64,000 nt of DNA from an uncultured Chitinophagaceae bacterium (GTDB lineage Bacteria; Bacteroidota; Bacteroidia; Chitinophagales; Chitinophagaceae), in NCBI GenBank assembly GCA_964422465.1, contig CAYRBD010000005.1, positions 681-64,680 on the forward strand, given 5' to 3'. Position numbers and translations under genes: made by a program. Positions 17,846 to 26,272 of the stretch are shown here, piece after piece; position 1 is the first letter of the stretch, and each line of letters opens with the position of its first letter. The notes under the pieces are model-generated. The model searched no databases. It had not been told where the DNA came from and was given only the letters and a program-made list of their open reading frames with translations.

Positions 17846-17853
17846 CAAAAGTA
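17846..17853 (-). promoter_or_regulatory. -7 promoter box TACTTTTG for exbB-exbD
   Basis: Plus-strand CAAAAGTA lies 35 nt upstream of the ATG at 17811. Confidence 0.4.
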
Positions 17854-17933
17854 AAGAATACAATCTAAAAATCACATTTAAATCATTTCTTTCTTTAACG
17901 CCGGTTTGGTTATTTTCTTGTTTTTACCAACCA

Positions 17934-18683
17934 TCACTTCACTTTTTTCTTCAAAACACTAACCTGCTCCTGCAAATGGCTCACCATTTCTGCAAGATGG
18001 GTAACATTAAGCTGCTGGTTACGGCTTATTTTGTTGATGATGGCATCTGCCTCCCACATTTCCATTACTTCATCCAGATAAGCAGAATAGGATTCAAACT
18101 GGGGATTATCCGAAAGGAGTGTAATCTTATTCTTATTCCGGTTGTTTTTTAACACTCTTTTATAAACCACCCCTTCAGTTCGGGTAAGGACAATGTAGGT
18201 GTGGTTGTGTTTTATTTCCTGCCACTCGGTAATTTTATGGCCCACGATTACGGATCCGGAAGTCACCGGCAACATGGAATCTCCTGAAATTTCAAAAGCC
18301 CGGAAATGGCCTGCTCCAATCATGGGCAAGGTAAATGTGTTGAGTTCCTCAATAAATTCGAGGTCCTGATAACCGGATAAGTAACCGGCCATCGCTTTTA
18401 TGGGTACAAATTCAATTACCTGACGAGGTTCTTCTTCCTTCAGCCTGCGACGCCGTTCCCGGTAATTTCCACCCTTGACACTTAGATCGCTGCGCATTAA
18501 GTCATCCAGACTGATGTGAAAAAGATCACTTATTTTTTCGAGTACCTCATTTCTCGGATTAGCACGCCCTTCTTCATAAGCCCCCAGAAGAGAACGCTTG
18601 ATCCCGAGTTTTGCTGCCATTTCCAATTGAGTCCATCGGCGAAGACGACGCAAATACCTGATGTTTTGGTTGATTGAGCCCAT
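17934..18683 (-). CDS. XRE-type HTH / S24 peptidase repressor (candidate non-canonical Bacteroidetes LexA)
   Basis: N-terminal HTH_XRE (WTQLEMAAKLGIKRSLLGAYEEGRANP). C-terminal S24 domain with a candidate Ala-Gly cleavage site (KAMAGY), a Ser motif (GDSMLP) and a Lys motif (VYKRV). Confidence 0.8.
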   Translation of the reverse strand: MGSINQNIRYLRRLRRWTQLEMAAKLGIKRSLLGAYEEGRANPRNEVLEKISDLFHISLDDLMRSDLSVKGGNYRERRRRLKEEEPRQVIEFVPIKAMAGYLSGYQDLEFIEELNTFTLPMIGAGHFRAFEISGDSMLPVTSGSVIVGHKITEWQEIKHNHTYIVLTRTEGVVYKRVLKNNRNKNKITLLSDNPQFESYSAYLDEVMEMWEADAIINKISRNQQLNVTHLAEMVSHLQEQVSVLKKKVK

Positions 18684-18692
18684 TTAAATTAT

Positions 18693-18711
18693 TTACTAAT
18701 GTTATTAGTAA
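18693..18711. promoter_or_regulatory. Palindromic candidate operator TTACTAAT-GTT-ATTAGTAA
   Basis: Perfect 8 bp inverted arms with a 3 bp spacer, 10-28 nt upstream of the repressor ATG and downstream of its -7 box. A third TTAGTAA half-site at 18728-18734 overlaps the box. Confidence 0.5.
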
Positions 18712-18722
18712 GGTTGCGCTAA

Positions 18723-18730
18723 CAAAGTTA
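18723..18730 (-). promoter_or_regulatory. -7 promoter box TAACTTTG for the S24 repressor gene
   Basis: Plus-strand CAAAGTTA lies 40 nt upstream of the ATG at 18683. Confidence 0.4.
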
Positions 18731-18782
18731 GTAAATATTTGTAATTCTGAAGTAGAAGCCCAAGGTCGGTAAAAAAAAGACA

Positions 18783-20018
18783 TTATCCTTTGGCTGCCCT
18801 CAGCAATTCCAGATCAGTATATTTCAGGTCAAAGCGTCTGCTCAGATGATAGTTGGTCAGCGCCCCTTTGTAGAGGTAAATACCTTCTCTTACTCCCGGC
18901 TTTTTCCAGACTTCGTTGTCAAACCCACCTTCATCGGCCGCTTGTACCAATAGCGGCATCAGCACATTACTAATTGCCTGCGAGGCTGTTCTGGCAAAGC
19001 CGGAAGGGATGTTGGGTACACAATAATGCAACACATCATATTTTTTAAAAACAGGGTGTTCGTGGGTTGTGGCTTCAGATGTTTCAAAACACCCACCCCG
19101 GTCGATGCTGACGTCCACAATAACAGAACCGGCCTTCATGTTGCTAACCATTTCCTCCGTTACCACAACCGGTGTACGCCCGCCGGAGGGGGAAGTCAAT
19201 GCCCCCACCGCAATATCGGCATCAAGAAGCTGATCTGCCAGCGTATGGGGATTTAAAACGGAGGTGTACAACCGGACCCCTATATTATTTTGAAGTCGTT
19301 TCAGTTTATAAATATTGTTATCAAATATCTTGAGGGATGAGCCCAGCGCCAGGGCGGCGCGTGCGGCATATTCTCCTACTACGCCGGCTCCGATAATAAC
19401 GACCTTGGTGGGCGGGATACCAGAAATACCACCCAGAAGAACGCCTTTCCCGATATCAGAATTGCTAAGATACCGCCCGGCGATAAGCATGGAGGCGCTA
19501 CCGGCAATTTCACTCATAGAACGGACGATGGGGTAAGAGCCTGCCTCATCTTTGAGATTCTCAAAACACAAAGCGGTAACTTTTTTTTTCATCATCTGCC
19601 GGAGATGTTCCTCCTTCAAATGGGGCAGATGCAGGGGGGAGATCAATACCTGATCGGGATGCATCAGGGCAATTTCTTCCTCTTGTATAGGGGCAGATTT
19701 TAAAATAATTTCTGCCTTTTTATACAATGCCCGCTTATCGGGAACAATATGGGCGCCAGCCTCAGCATAATCTGCATCATAAAAATGGGCTCCTTCTCCC
19801 GCGTCATGCTCAATCGCTACTTCATGGCCATTATTCACCAATACATTCACAGCCTGCGGGGTAAGGGCTACGCGATCCTCATGGTAAGTATATTCTTTTG
19901 GTATGCCAATAAACAGCCGTTCCTGATTTTGGCCAATATCCAGCGTTTCTTCCTGGGGTAAATAAGAGATGGACGGGCTGACAATATTTCTTTTTAATTC
20001 CATAAGCCTACCTAACAT
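18783..20018 (-). CDS. Alanine dehydrogenase family protein (AlaDH/PNT)
   Basis: Rossmann motif VVIIGAGVVGEYAA and AlaDH-like N- and C-terminal domains. An alternative ATG lies at 20003. Confidence 0.8.
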   Translation of the reverse strand: MLGRLMELKRNIVSPSISYLPQEETLDIGQNQERLFIGIPKEYTYHEDRVALTPQAVNVLVNNGHEVAIEHDAGEGAHFYDADYAEAGAHIVPDKRALYKKAEIILKSAPIQEEEIALMHPDQVLISPLHLPHLKEEHLRQMMKKKVTALCFENLKDEAGSYPIVRSMSEIAGSASMLIAGRYLSNSDIGKGVLLGGISGIPPTKVVIIGAGVVGEYAARAALALGSSLKIFDNNIYKLKRLQNNIGVRLYTSVLNPHTLADQLLDADIAVGALTSPSGGRTPVVVTEEMVSNMKAGSVIVDVSIDRGGCFETSEATTHEHPVFKKYDVLHYCVPNIPSGFARTASQAISNVLMPLLVQAADEGGFDNEVWKKPGVREGIYLYKGALTNYHLSRRFDLKYTDLELLRAAKG

Positions 20019-20033
20019 TCAAAACAAGCCTGT

Positions 20034-20041
20034 CAAAGATA
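20034..20041 (-). promoter_or_regulatory. -7 promoter box TATCTTTG for the alanine dehydrogenase-like gene
   Basis: Plus-strand CAAAGATA lies 16 nt upstream of the ATG at 20018. Confidence 0.4.
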
Positions 20042-20105
20042 TGAAAATTCGTTTGTATTTTCAGAACTATCCCTTTTATTATACAGAACGGGGAAAAGAC
20101 ATCTG

Positions 20106-20528
20106 CTAAAGGTGAATCCACAGGTGGCGCCCTCCCTTTTCTGCTGCTATTTCAGCATACAGGGTATCCTCAGGCAATAAATCAGGAATTTTCTCAGGCC
20201 ATTCTACGAAACAATAAGCACCGCTCAGCAAACAATCTTCAATACCCGCCTGAACAGCCTCCTCCTCATCCCGAATCCGATACAAATCTAAATGGTAAGC
20301 ATGTTGTCGATCCCCATTTTTGTCTTCAAACAGATAATCATTGATGAGTGAAAAAGTGGGACTGGAGGGATTATCTACTACCCCTCTGGCCCGACAGAGC
20401 GCAGAAATAAAGGTGGTCTTACCGGCCCCCAAAGGACCTTGAAAGGCAAAGACTTTCCTGTTTCCGGCTGCCTCCCAAAATTGCCCGGCAGCACGATCTA
20501 TTTCCTTCAGACTGAAGAATAATTCCAT
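20106..20528 (-). CDS. tsaE: tRNA t6A37 biosynthesis ATPase TsaE
   Basis: 140 aa with P-loop GPLGAGKTTF and the HLDLYR motif typical of TsaE/YjeE. Confidence 0.9.
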   Translation of the reverse strand: MELFFSLKEIDRAAGQFWEAAGNRKVFAFQGPLGAGKTTFISALCRARGVVDNPSSPTFSLINDYLFEDKNGDRQHAYHLDLYRIRDEEEAVQAGIEDCLLSGAYCFVEWPEKIPDLLPEDTLYAEIAAEKGGRHLWIHL

Positions 20529-20532
20529 CTCG

Positions 20533-20540
20533 CAAAATTA
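20533..20540 (-). promoter_or_regulatory. -7 promoter box TAATTTTG abutting the tsaE start
   Basis: Plus-strand CAAAATTA lies only 4 nt from the ATG at 20528, which suggests a leaderless or near-leaderless mRNA. Confidence 0.35.
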
Positions 20541-20612
20541 AGTCATAATGTTTTGATTCCTGCCTCGCCAAATTCTCCGTACCTTTCCATTTTATTTAAA
20601 CACCCCATCGAA

Positions 20613-21383
20613 ATGACCATGATGATTGACACCCACGCGCATCTCTACCTTGAAGAATTTGATGAAGACCGGGCCGCTTTAATGCAACGAATGCAGGATG
20701 CCGGTGTGGAAAAGGTCTTCTTACCAAATATTGACAGCACTACCACGGAAGCGCTACTAAAGATGGAAAAAGACTTTCCCGGCCGGGCCTATCCCATGAT
20801 GGGGCTTCATCCGTGTAATGTAAACGAAAAAGTAAAAGAAGAACTTCAAAAGGTAAAAGAATGGCTGGCAGAGCGCCCTTTTGCCGCAGTTGGAGAAATC
20901 GGGCTGGATTTTTACTGGGATACCACCTTCAGAGAACAACAGATACAGGCCTTCTCAACGCAAATTGATTGGGCGATGCAACATGATCTGCCCATTGTCA
21001 TTCATGCACGCAATTCGATGAAGGAATGTATTGAAATCGTTAATGCTAAACAAAACGGTCATTTGAAAGGGATTTTTCACTGTTTTTCAGGCACTCTTGA
21101 ACAGGCTGAAAAAATTATTGAGATGGGGTTTTTGATGGGAATAGGAGGAATTGTTACTTTCAAAAAGTCAACGCTCCCGAACGTGCTTAAGAACTTTGAG
21201 CTCAGTCACCTTGTATTAGAAACAGACTCTCCTTATCTGACGCCCGCTCCCCATCGCGGTAAACGAAATGAAAGCAGCTATATCCCGTATATTGCCGCCA
21301 AAATAGCAGAAATAAAGGAAGTTTCTGTAGAGAAAGTAGCAGAGATTACCACGGCCAATGCTTTGCGCCTATATAAGTTATAA
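20613..21383 (+). CDS. TatD family metal-dependent hydrolase
   Basis: Start set at the first ATG (MTMMIDTHAHL); the track start at 20553 is TTG. Also GEIGLDFYW and the ETDSPYL motif. Confidence 0.9.
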   Translation: MTMMIDTHAHLYLEEFDEDRAALMQRMQDAGVEKVFLPNIDSTTTEALLKMEKDFPGRAYPMMGLHPCNVNEKVKEELQKVKEWLAERPFAAVGEIGLDFYWDTTFREQQIQAFSTQIDWAMQHDLPIVIHARNSMKECIEIVNAKQNGHLKGIFHCFSGTLEQAEKIIEMGFLMGIGGIVTFKKSTLPNVLKNFELSHLVLETDSPYLTPAPHRGKRNESSYIPYIAAKIAEIKEVSVEKVAEITTANALRLYKL

Positions 21384-21424
21384 CTTTTAAAATTTATCAA
21401 TAATTTGAGGGTCTCAATGTTATC

Positions 21425-22471
21425 ATGAAAAGCTACATACCTCGGGTTCCTAAAATTTTAGTTATCTATACCGGCGGAACGGTAGGGATGATCCACGACC
21501 GCAAATTGGGGACACTACGCCCCCTGGGCTTTTCTGAAATTAAGGAGAAAATGCCTGAAATGTACCGATTGGGTTATCATTTCTTTGTGCATTCCTTTAT
21601 TCCGCCTATTGATTCCTCTGACATGCACCCTGATATCTGGATAGAACTGGCAGAGATCATTGGACAAAACTATGAGTATTATGATGGTTTTGTAATTTTA
21701 CACGGTTCGGACACCATGTCCTTCACCGCCTCTGCCCTCAGTTTCCTGCTGGAGAACCTGGGAAAACCGGTCGTGATCACGGGCTCACAACTGCCCATAG
21801 GCGAAATCAGAACGGATGCCCGGGAAAACATTATTACAGCCATTGAAATTGCCGCAGCAAAGGATGAAGCAGGACATGCAAAGGTACCGGAAGTGTGCAT
21901 CTATTTTGATTTTAAACTTTTCCGGGGAAACCGGACAAAGAAATATGATGCTGAAAAGTTTGCCGCTTTTTATTCGATGAACTATCCGGCTCTGGCAGAA
22001 GCGGGGGTCTCTATTAAATACCGGGATCAACTTGTGCTCCCTCCGCCCCGGCAACCTTTAAAAGTGCACCAAAAGTTGGACCGCAATATTGCAGTACTTC
22101 GTTTATTTCCCGGAATCCAGGAGAATACCATAAAAGCCATTCTGAATACCAAAGGAGCCAGGGCTATTCTGCTGGAAACCTTTGGAAGCGGGAATGCAAC
22201 CACCGCTCCCTGGTTTATCCAATGTATTAAAGAAGCGACAAACAAGGGACTCTTTGTTCTAAACATCACCCAATGTGATGGGGGATCGGTCTCAATGGGT
22301 TTGTATGAGACAAGCAAACACCTAAAGGAAGCAGGGGTAATAACGGGATACGATATGACCTTTGAGGCCGCCGTTACCAAGCTGATGTTCGTGCTGGGAT
22401 TAGAAAAAGGTCCGGAACTTTCCAGAAAGTTGTTGCAGGCGTCCCTAAGAGGAGAATTGACCCCGATATAG
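21425..22471 (+). CDS. ansA: L-asparaginase, type I
   Basis: TGGTVGM nucleophile motif near the N-terminus and the HGSDTM motif. Length is typical of cytoplasmic AnsA. Confidence 0.85.
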   Translation: MKSYIPRVPKILVIYTGGTVGMIHDRKLGTLRPLGFSEIKEKMPEMYRLGYHFFVHSFIPPIDSSDMHPDIWIELAEIIGQNYEYYDGFVILHGSDTMSFTASALSFLLENLGKPVVITGSQLPIGEIRTDARENIITAIEIAAAKDEAGHAKVPEVCIYFDFKLFRGNRTKKYDAEKFAAFYSMNYPALAEAGVSIKYRDQLVLPPPRQPLKVHQKLDRNIAVLRLFPGIQENTIKAILNTKGARAILLETFGSGNATTAPWFIQCIKEATNKGLFVLNITQCDGGSVSMGLYETSKHLKEAGVITGYDMTFEAAVTKLMFVLGLEKGPELSRKLLQASLRGELTPI

Positions 22472-22679
22472 CGTATGAAAAAAAACTAATGAAGTACAGG
22501 GGGATTCGGCTCCGGTATCACACGAGCTTTAGAACATCAACCAAACCTTGGCCTTATTAATGATGCAGAGGGACAGCAGTTTAAAGTGATCATCCCGAAG
22601 CCTGTAAATTAGAAGGAGAAAAAGTTAAATGAGAAATTTACGTTAATATTGCACTTTTTTTACAACTTATAGAACAAGA

Positions 22680-24335
22680 ATGGATTTTAATAATTACAAC
22701 CTCCCTTATCCCATAGATCCTCATTATCAGAAGAAAGTAGCTTATTTTTCGATGGAATATGCTATCCATCAGCCCCTGAAAATCTACAGTGGGGGACTGG
22801 GGTTTCTTTCCGGATCTCATTTAAGAAGCGCTTACGAGCTCAAACAAAATTTGATCGGCATTGGAATTTTGTGGAAGGAAGGCTACTATGACCAGGAACG
22901 GAATAACGACCAAACGCTTAAAGTAAGCTGGGTGCAGAAGATTTATCACTTTCTTGAAGATACGGGTATTCGTTATACCATTACCGTTCACGATCATCCG
23001 GTATGGGTAAAAGTGTTATACCTTAACCCGGAAACCTTCAAGAGCGCTCCGTTATTTTTATTGAGTACGGATCTACCGGAGAATGACTATGTTTCCCGCA
23101 ACATCAGCAAAAGGTTGTATGATGAAAATGATGCCACCCGGATCGCGCAATTTACCCTTCTGGGAATAGGGGGCGCCAAGCTCCTTGAAAAAATTAATTT
23201 TGATCCGGACCGGTATCACCTGAATGAGGCGCATGGGGTAAGCGCGGCTTTTTATCTCTATCAGAAATTCAATCAAAATATTGAAGAAGTACGCAAAAGG
23301 CTGGTTTTTACGACCCACACCCCCGAGGAAGCCGGAAACCAAAAACACGACATGCAGCTATGCAGGGAGATGAGCTACTTCTCCGGTGTACCGGAAGAAA
23401 AAGTCAGGGAAATAACCGGGATGGGCGATCATCAGTTCAATCATTCCCTGGCCGCCCTGAGAATGGCCCACCTGGCCAATGGCGTAAGCCAACTCCATGG
23501 AGTAGTAAGCCGTAAAATGTGGTCCAAATTTGAAGGAATTTGTGAGATCAAAGCCATTACAAATGCACAAAATTTCCAATACTGGGCCGATAAGCAATTA
23601 TACAAGACCAAAGAGGAAGGAAATACGTCTTCTTTTGACGACCGGAAAAGATGGTTAAAAAAACGGGCCTTTCAGATCGTGGCTGACCAAACCGGCAAGA
23701 TCATGGACCCCGATGTGTTGACCATCGTATGGGCTCGCCGCTTTGCCGGATATAAAAGGTCTGGTCTGCTTACCTGGGATCAAAAAAAATTTGATGACCT
23801 GCTCAACAATACGAAATATCCGGTACAAATTATTTGGGCAGGAAAACCCTATCCTCTGGATTATCCGGCCATTTCAGAATTCGACCACCTGGTTCAGTTG
23901 AGCAAAAAGTATAAGAACATGGCGGTGCTGACCGGTTATGAATTGACCCTCAGCAAACGCCTCAAGCAGGCCGCCGATGTATGGTTGAATAACCCGAGAG
24001 TACCCCGGGAAGCAAGCGGAACCAGTGGCATGACCGCGGCTATGAACGGCGCAGTTAATCTAAGTACCAACGATGGCTGGATCCGCGAATTTATCCACAA
24101 TGAAAAAAATGGCTTTATTGTTCCCCCTATTGACTACAACAGCGTTTCCATCGAAGAGCAGGATCAACACGACCGCGAAAAACTTTATGATATTCTAAAT
24201 AGCAGGATACTGCCAGCTTATTATGATGATTTCGGCAGATGGAGGGAAATTGTCCAAAAAGGAATGGAAGATGTGCAGTTCCAATTTGGCAGCAACCGGA
24301 TGGCAAAGGAATATTACGAGGTTTTGTATCCGTAA
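22680..24335 (+). CDS. Alpha-glucan phosphorylase family (GT35) homolog, with Thr at the expected PLP-lysine position
   Basis: SGGLGFLSGSHLRSA and LNEAHG motifs, and EASGTSGMTAAMNG where GT35 enzymes normally have EASGTxxMK. Confidence 0.8.
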   Translation: MDFNNYNLPYPIDPHYQKKVAYFSMEYAIHQPLKIYSGGLGFLSGSHLRSAYELKQNLIGIGILWKEGYYDQERNNDQTLKVSWVQKIYHFLEDTGIRYTITVHDHPVWVKVLYLNPETFKSAPLFLLSTDLPENDYVSRNISKRLYDENDATRIAQFTLLGIGGAKLLEKINFDPDRYHLNEAHGVSAAFYLYQKFNQNIEEVRKRLVFTTHTPEEAGNQKHDMQLCREMSYFSGVPEEKVREITGMGDHQFNHSLAALRMAHLANGVSQLHGVVSRKMWSKFEGICEIKAITNAQNFQYWADKQLYKTKEEGNTSSFDDRKRWLKKRAFQIVADQTGKIMDPDVLTIVWARRFAGYKRSGLLTWDQKKFDDLLNNTKYPVQIIWAGKPYPLDYPAISEFDHLVQLSKKYKNMAVLTGYELTLSKRLKQAADVWLNNPRVPREASGTSGMTAAMNGAVNLSTNDGWIREFIHNEKNGFIVPPIDYNSVSIEEQDQHDREKLYDILNSRILPAYYDDFGRWREIVQKGMEDVQFQFGSNRMAKEYYEVLYP

Positions 24336-24384
24336 ATACCGCAAAACTTTTTATCCCGGAAAGAGTAACATTTAAGAAATTACC

Positions 24385-24392
24385 TACTTTTG
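24385..24392 (+). promoter_or_regulatory. -7 promoter box TACTTTTG for the TetR regulator gene
   Basis: Exact TAnnTTTG match immediately followed by the operator-like repeat, 21 nt before the ATG at 24413. Confidence 0.5.
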
Positions 24393-24394
24393 TA

Positions 24395-24411
24395 AACCAA
24401 ACGGTCGGATT
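24395..24411. promoter_or_regulatory. Candidate TetR operator copy 1 (AACCAAACGGTCGGATT)
   Basis: Near-identical to the element at 25052-25069 and in the same position relative to a -7 box. The core is an imperfect palindrome. Confidence 0.5.
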
Positions 24412-24412
24412 T

Positions 24413-25018
24413 ATGGCTAAAAATACAAAAGAACATATTTTAGAAGTATCCCTTTCTCTTTTTCTGAGAAAAAGTTTCAAAGCGGTAACAATGAAAGAAA
24501 TAGTAGAAAGTACCGGGCTTTCTAAGGGCGCTTTTTATCATTATTTTGAGAGTAAGGACCAGTTATTTGTAGAGGTATTCAAACACTATTATAGTGATAT
24601 ATTACAAGAAGATTTCTCTGCATTCTCACATAACTCGTTAAAAGATTTTTATACACATGCACTGGAACATACCAGAAAAAACATTGAGAAAGTCCTTAAC
24701 CTCTCCGATAGCAAAACAGTAGGTAAAACCAACCATTATCTAATGTTATTTGATGCGATTCATCGGAATCCGAAGTTTCGTGAAATTGTTAAGCAAAAAA
24801 GTGAGCAGGAGATAAAAGCTTGGGAAAAGATAATAAAAACAGCCAAAAAAACCGGGGAAATCAATACCCCGATAGCAGCAAAAGAAATAGCCAAAATGTT
24901 TATTTACATGGGAGACGGACATGGTATGCATACTTTTTTTGAAAAAAAAGGGGAACGTTTTGGAGCCCGGGAAACGAAGAAGCTTTATGATGAATTATAT
25001 GAGCTGTTGAAAAAGTAA
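24413..25018 (+). CDS. TetR/AcrR family transcriptional regulator
   Basis: Start set at MAKNTKEHILEVSLSLF. The track ORF from 24239 runs in frame out of the glgP 3' end. HTH region VTMKEIVESTGLSKGAFYHYFESKDQLF. Confidence 0.9.
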   Translation: MAKNTKEHILEVSLSLFLRKSFKAVTMKEIVESTGLSKGAFYHYFESKDQLFVEVFKHYYSDILQEDFSAFSHNSLKDFYTHALEHTRKNIEKVLNLSDSKTVGKTNHYLMLFDAIHRNPKFREIVKQKSEQEIKAWEKIIKTAKKTGEINTPIAAKEIAKMFIYMGDGHGMHTFFEKKGERFGARETKKLYDELYELLKK

Positions 25019-25042
25019 ATTTTGTTTCTAAAAATCTTTTTC

Positions 25043-25050
25043 TACCTTTG
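25043..25050 (+). promoter_or_regulatory. -7 promoter box TACCTTTG for the HlyD-MFS-TolC operon
   Basis: Exact TAnnTTTG match followed directly by the second operator-like repeat. Confidence 0.5.
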
Positions 25051-25051
25051 C

Positions 25052-25069
25052 ATACCGAACGGTCGGTTT
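25052..25069. promoter_or_regulatory. Candidate TetR operator copy 2 (ATACCGAACGGTCGGTTT)
   Basis: The core ACCGAACGGTCGGT (25054-25067) is palindromic at 12 of 14 positions (ACCGA...TCGGT arms). Confidence 0.55.
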
Positions 25070-25167
25070 CATATCTTTAACCGACTAATGATTACAACTT
25101 ACCGAAAAAAGATTGATGTCTCAAATAGTAAGAACCACCTTTGTACAAGATTTAAAAACAAAAAAGC

Positions 25168-26271
25168 ATGACAGAACAACAAAAAAAGAAAAGTAAAAAA
25201 CCGCTCCTCATACTGGGCGCTCTGCTACTTTTGATGGCAGGAACAGGAATTTTCTACTGGATAAGAAGTGCTCATTATGAGTCAACCGATGACGCCCAAT
25301 TAAACGGGAATATCTATTCAGTTCGGGCGAGCGTTACGGCTTATTTGGATGAAATCTGTTTTAGAGACAACCAGCCGGTACAAAAAGGAGATACGCTGTT
25401 TATTTTCAATACCGTCGCATTACAAGCAAAAGTAGAGGAAGCAAAGGCCGCTTTAACCGATGCCAGGACCAAATTGAACGTCTCCGATATGCAGGCTCTG
25501 GCAAGTCTGAAAAACGCAAAGGCTTCCGCAGAATCTAATTTATCAGGAGAAGAATCGGTAACGGCGGCATATTCCCGATGGACGTATGCCAAAGATAATT
25601 TTGAACGGGATAAAAAATTATTGAAAATTGACGCCCTTACCCAAAAGCAATACGATGCGGATAAAAACACATTGACACAAGCCAGAGCGGATTATCAAAA
25701 AGCACTCCATCAACATCAATCTGCAGCTATTTCTACTTCCGGTTTACAATCCACGGCAAAAGCAGCTCATCATCAAATTTCTTCTGCAGCTGCTTTAGTA
25801 CAACAAAGAGAAGCAGAATTAAAATTAACCGAAGAAAACTTACAGCACGCCTTTGTAATTGCTCCGTGTAACGGCACTTTCACCAGGCGTTCGGTCAATA
25901 CCGGACAATATGTAATGGCCGGTCAATCGTTGTGTGCAATAGTTGATGAAGACCAACTCTGGGTCACCGCCAATTTCAAAGAAACGAAACTCAAAAAAAT
26001 AAAAATCGGGCAGCCCGTCAGCATTCATGTAGATGCCTTTCCCGATTTGACATTAAAAGGGAAAGTACAATCCTATTCCGGAGCCACGGGAGCCAAATTT
26101 GCTCTGATTCCGCCGGATAACGCCACCGGAAATTTTATTAAAGTTACCCAACGATTTCCGTTAAGGATAGCAATTGACATTTCTTCTGTGCCTAATTACA
26201 AACCGGACGGTCGGGATAAAATAATTTTATTCCCCGGGCTAAGTGTGGAGGTAAAAGTAAAAACCGATTAA
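25168..26271 (+). CDS. HlyD/EmrA family secretion adaptor protein
   Basis: N-terminal TM anchor, long coiled coil, and the EmrA-like barrel region GQPVSIHVDAFPD...GKVQSYSGATGAKFALIPPDNATGNFIKVTQRFPLRI. Confidence 0.9.
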   Translation: MTEQQKKKSKKPLLILGALLLLMAGTGIFYWIRSAHYESTDDAQLNGNIYSVRASVTAYLDEICFRDNQPVQKGDTLFIFNTVALQAKVEEAKAALTDARTKLNVSDMQALASLKNAKASAESNLSGEESVTAAYSRWTYAKDNFERDKKLLKIDALTQKQYDADKNTLTQARADYQKALHQHQSAAISTSGLQSTAKAAHHQISSAAALVQQREAELKLTEENLQHAFVIAPCNGTFTRRSVNTGQYVMAGQSLCAIVDEDQLWVTANFKETKLKKIKIGQPVSIHVDAFPDLTLKGKVQSYSGATGAKFALIPPDNATGNFIKVTQRFPLRIAIDISSVPNYKPDGRDKIILFPGLSVEVKVKTD

Positions 26272-26272
26272 T

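Noticed and set aside
22472-22679. 208 nt gap upstream of the phosphorylase homolog, screened for a tRNA, riboswitch or small RNA.
   Set aside because: There is no cloverleaf-compatible sequence, no recognisable riboswitch core, and only trivial mini-ORFs. It remains unexplained but without a positive signal.
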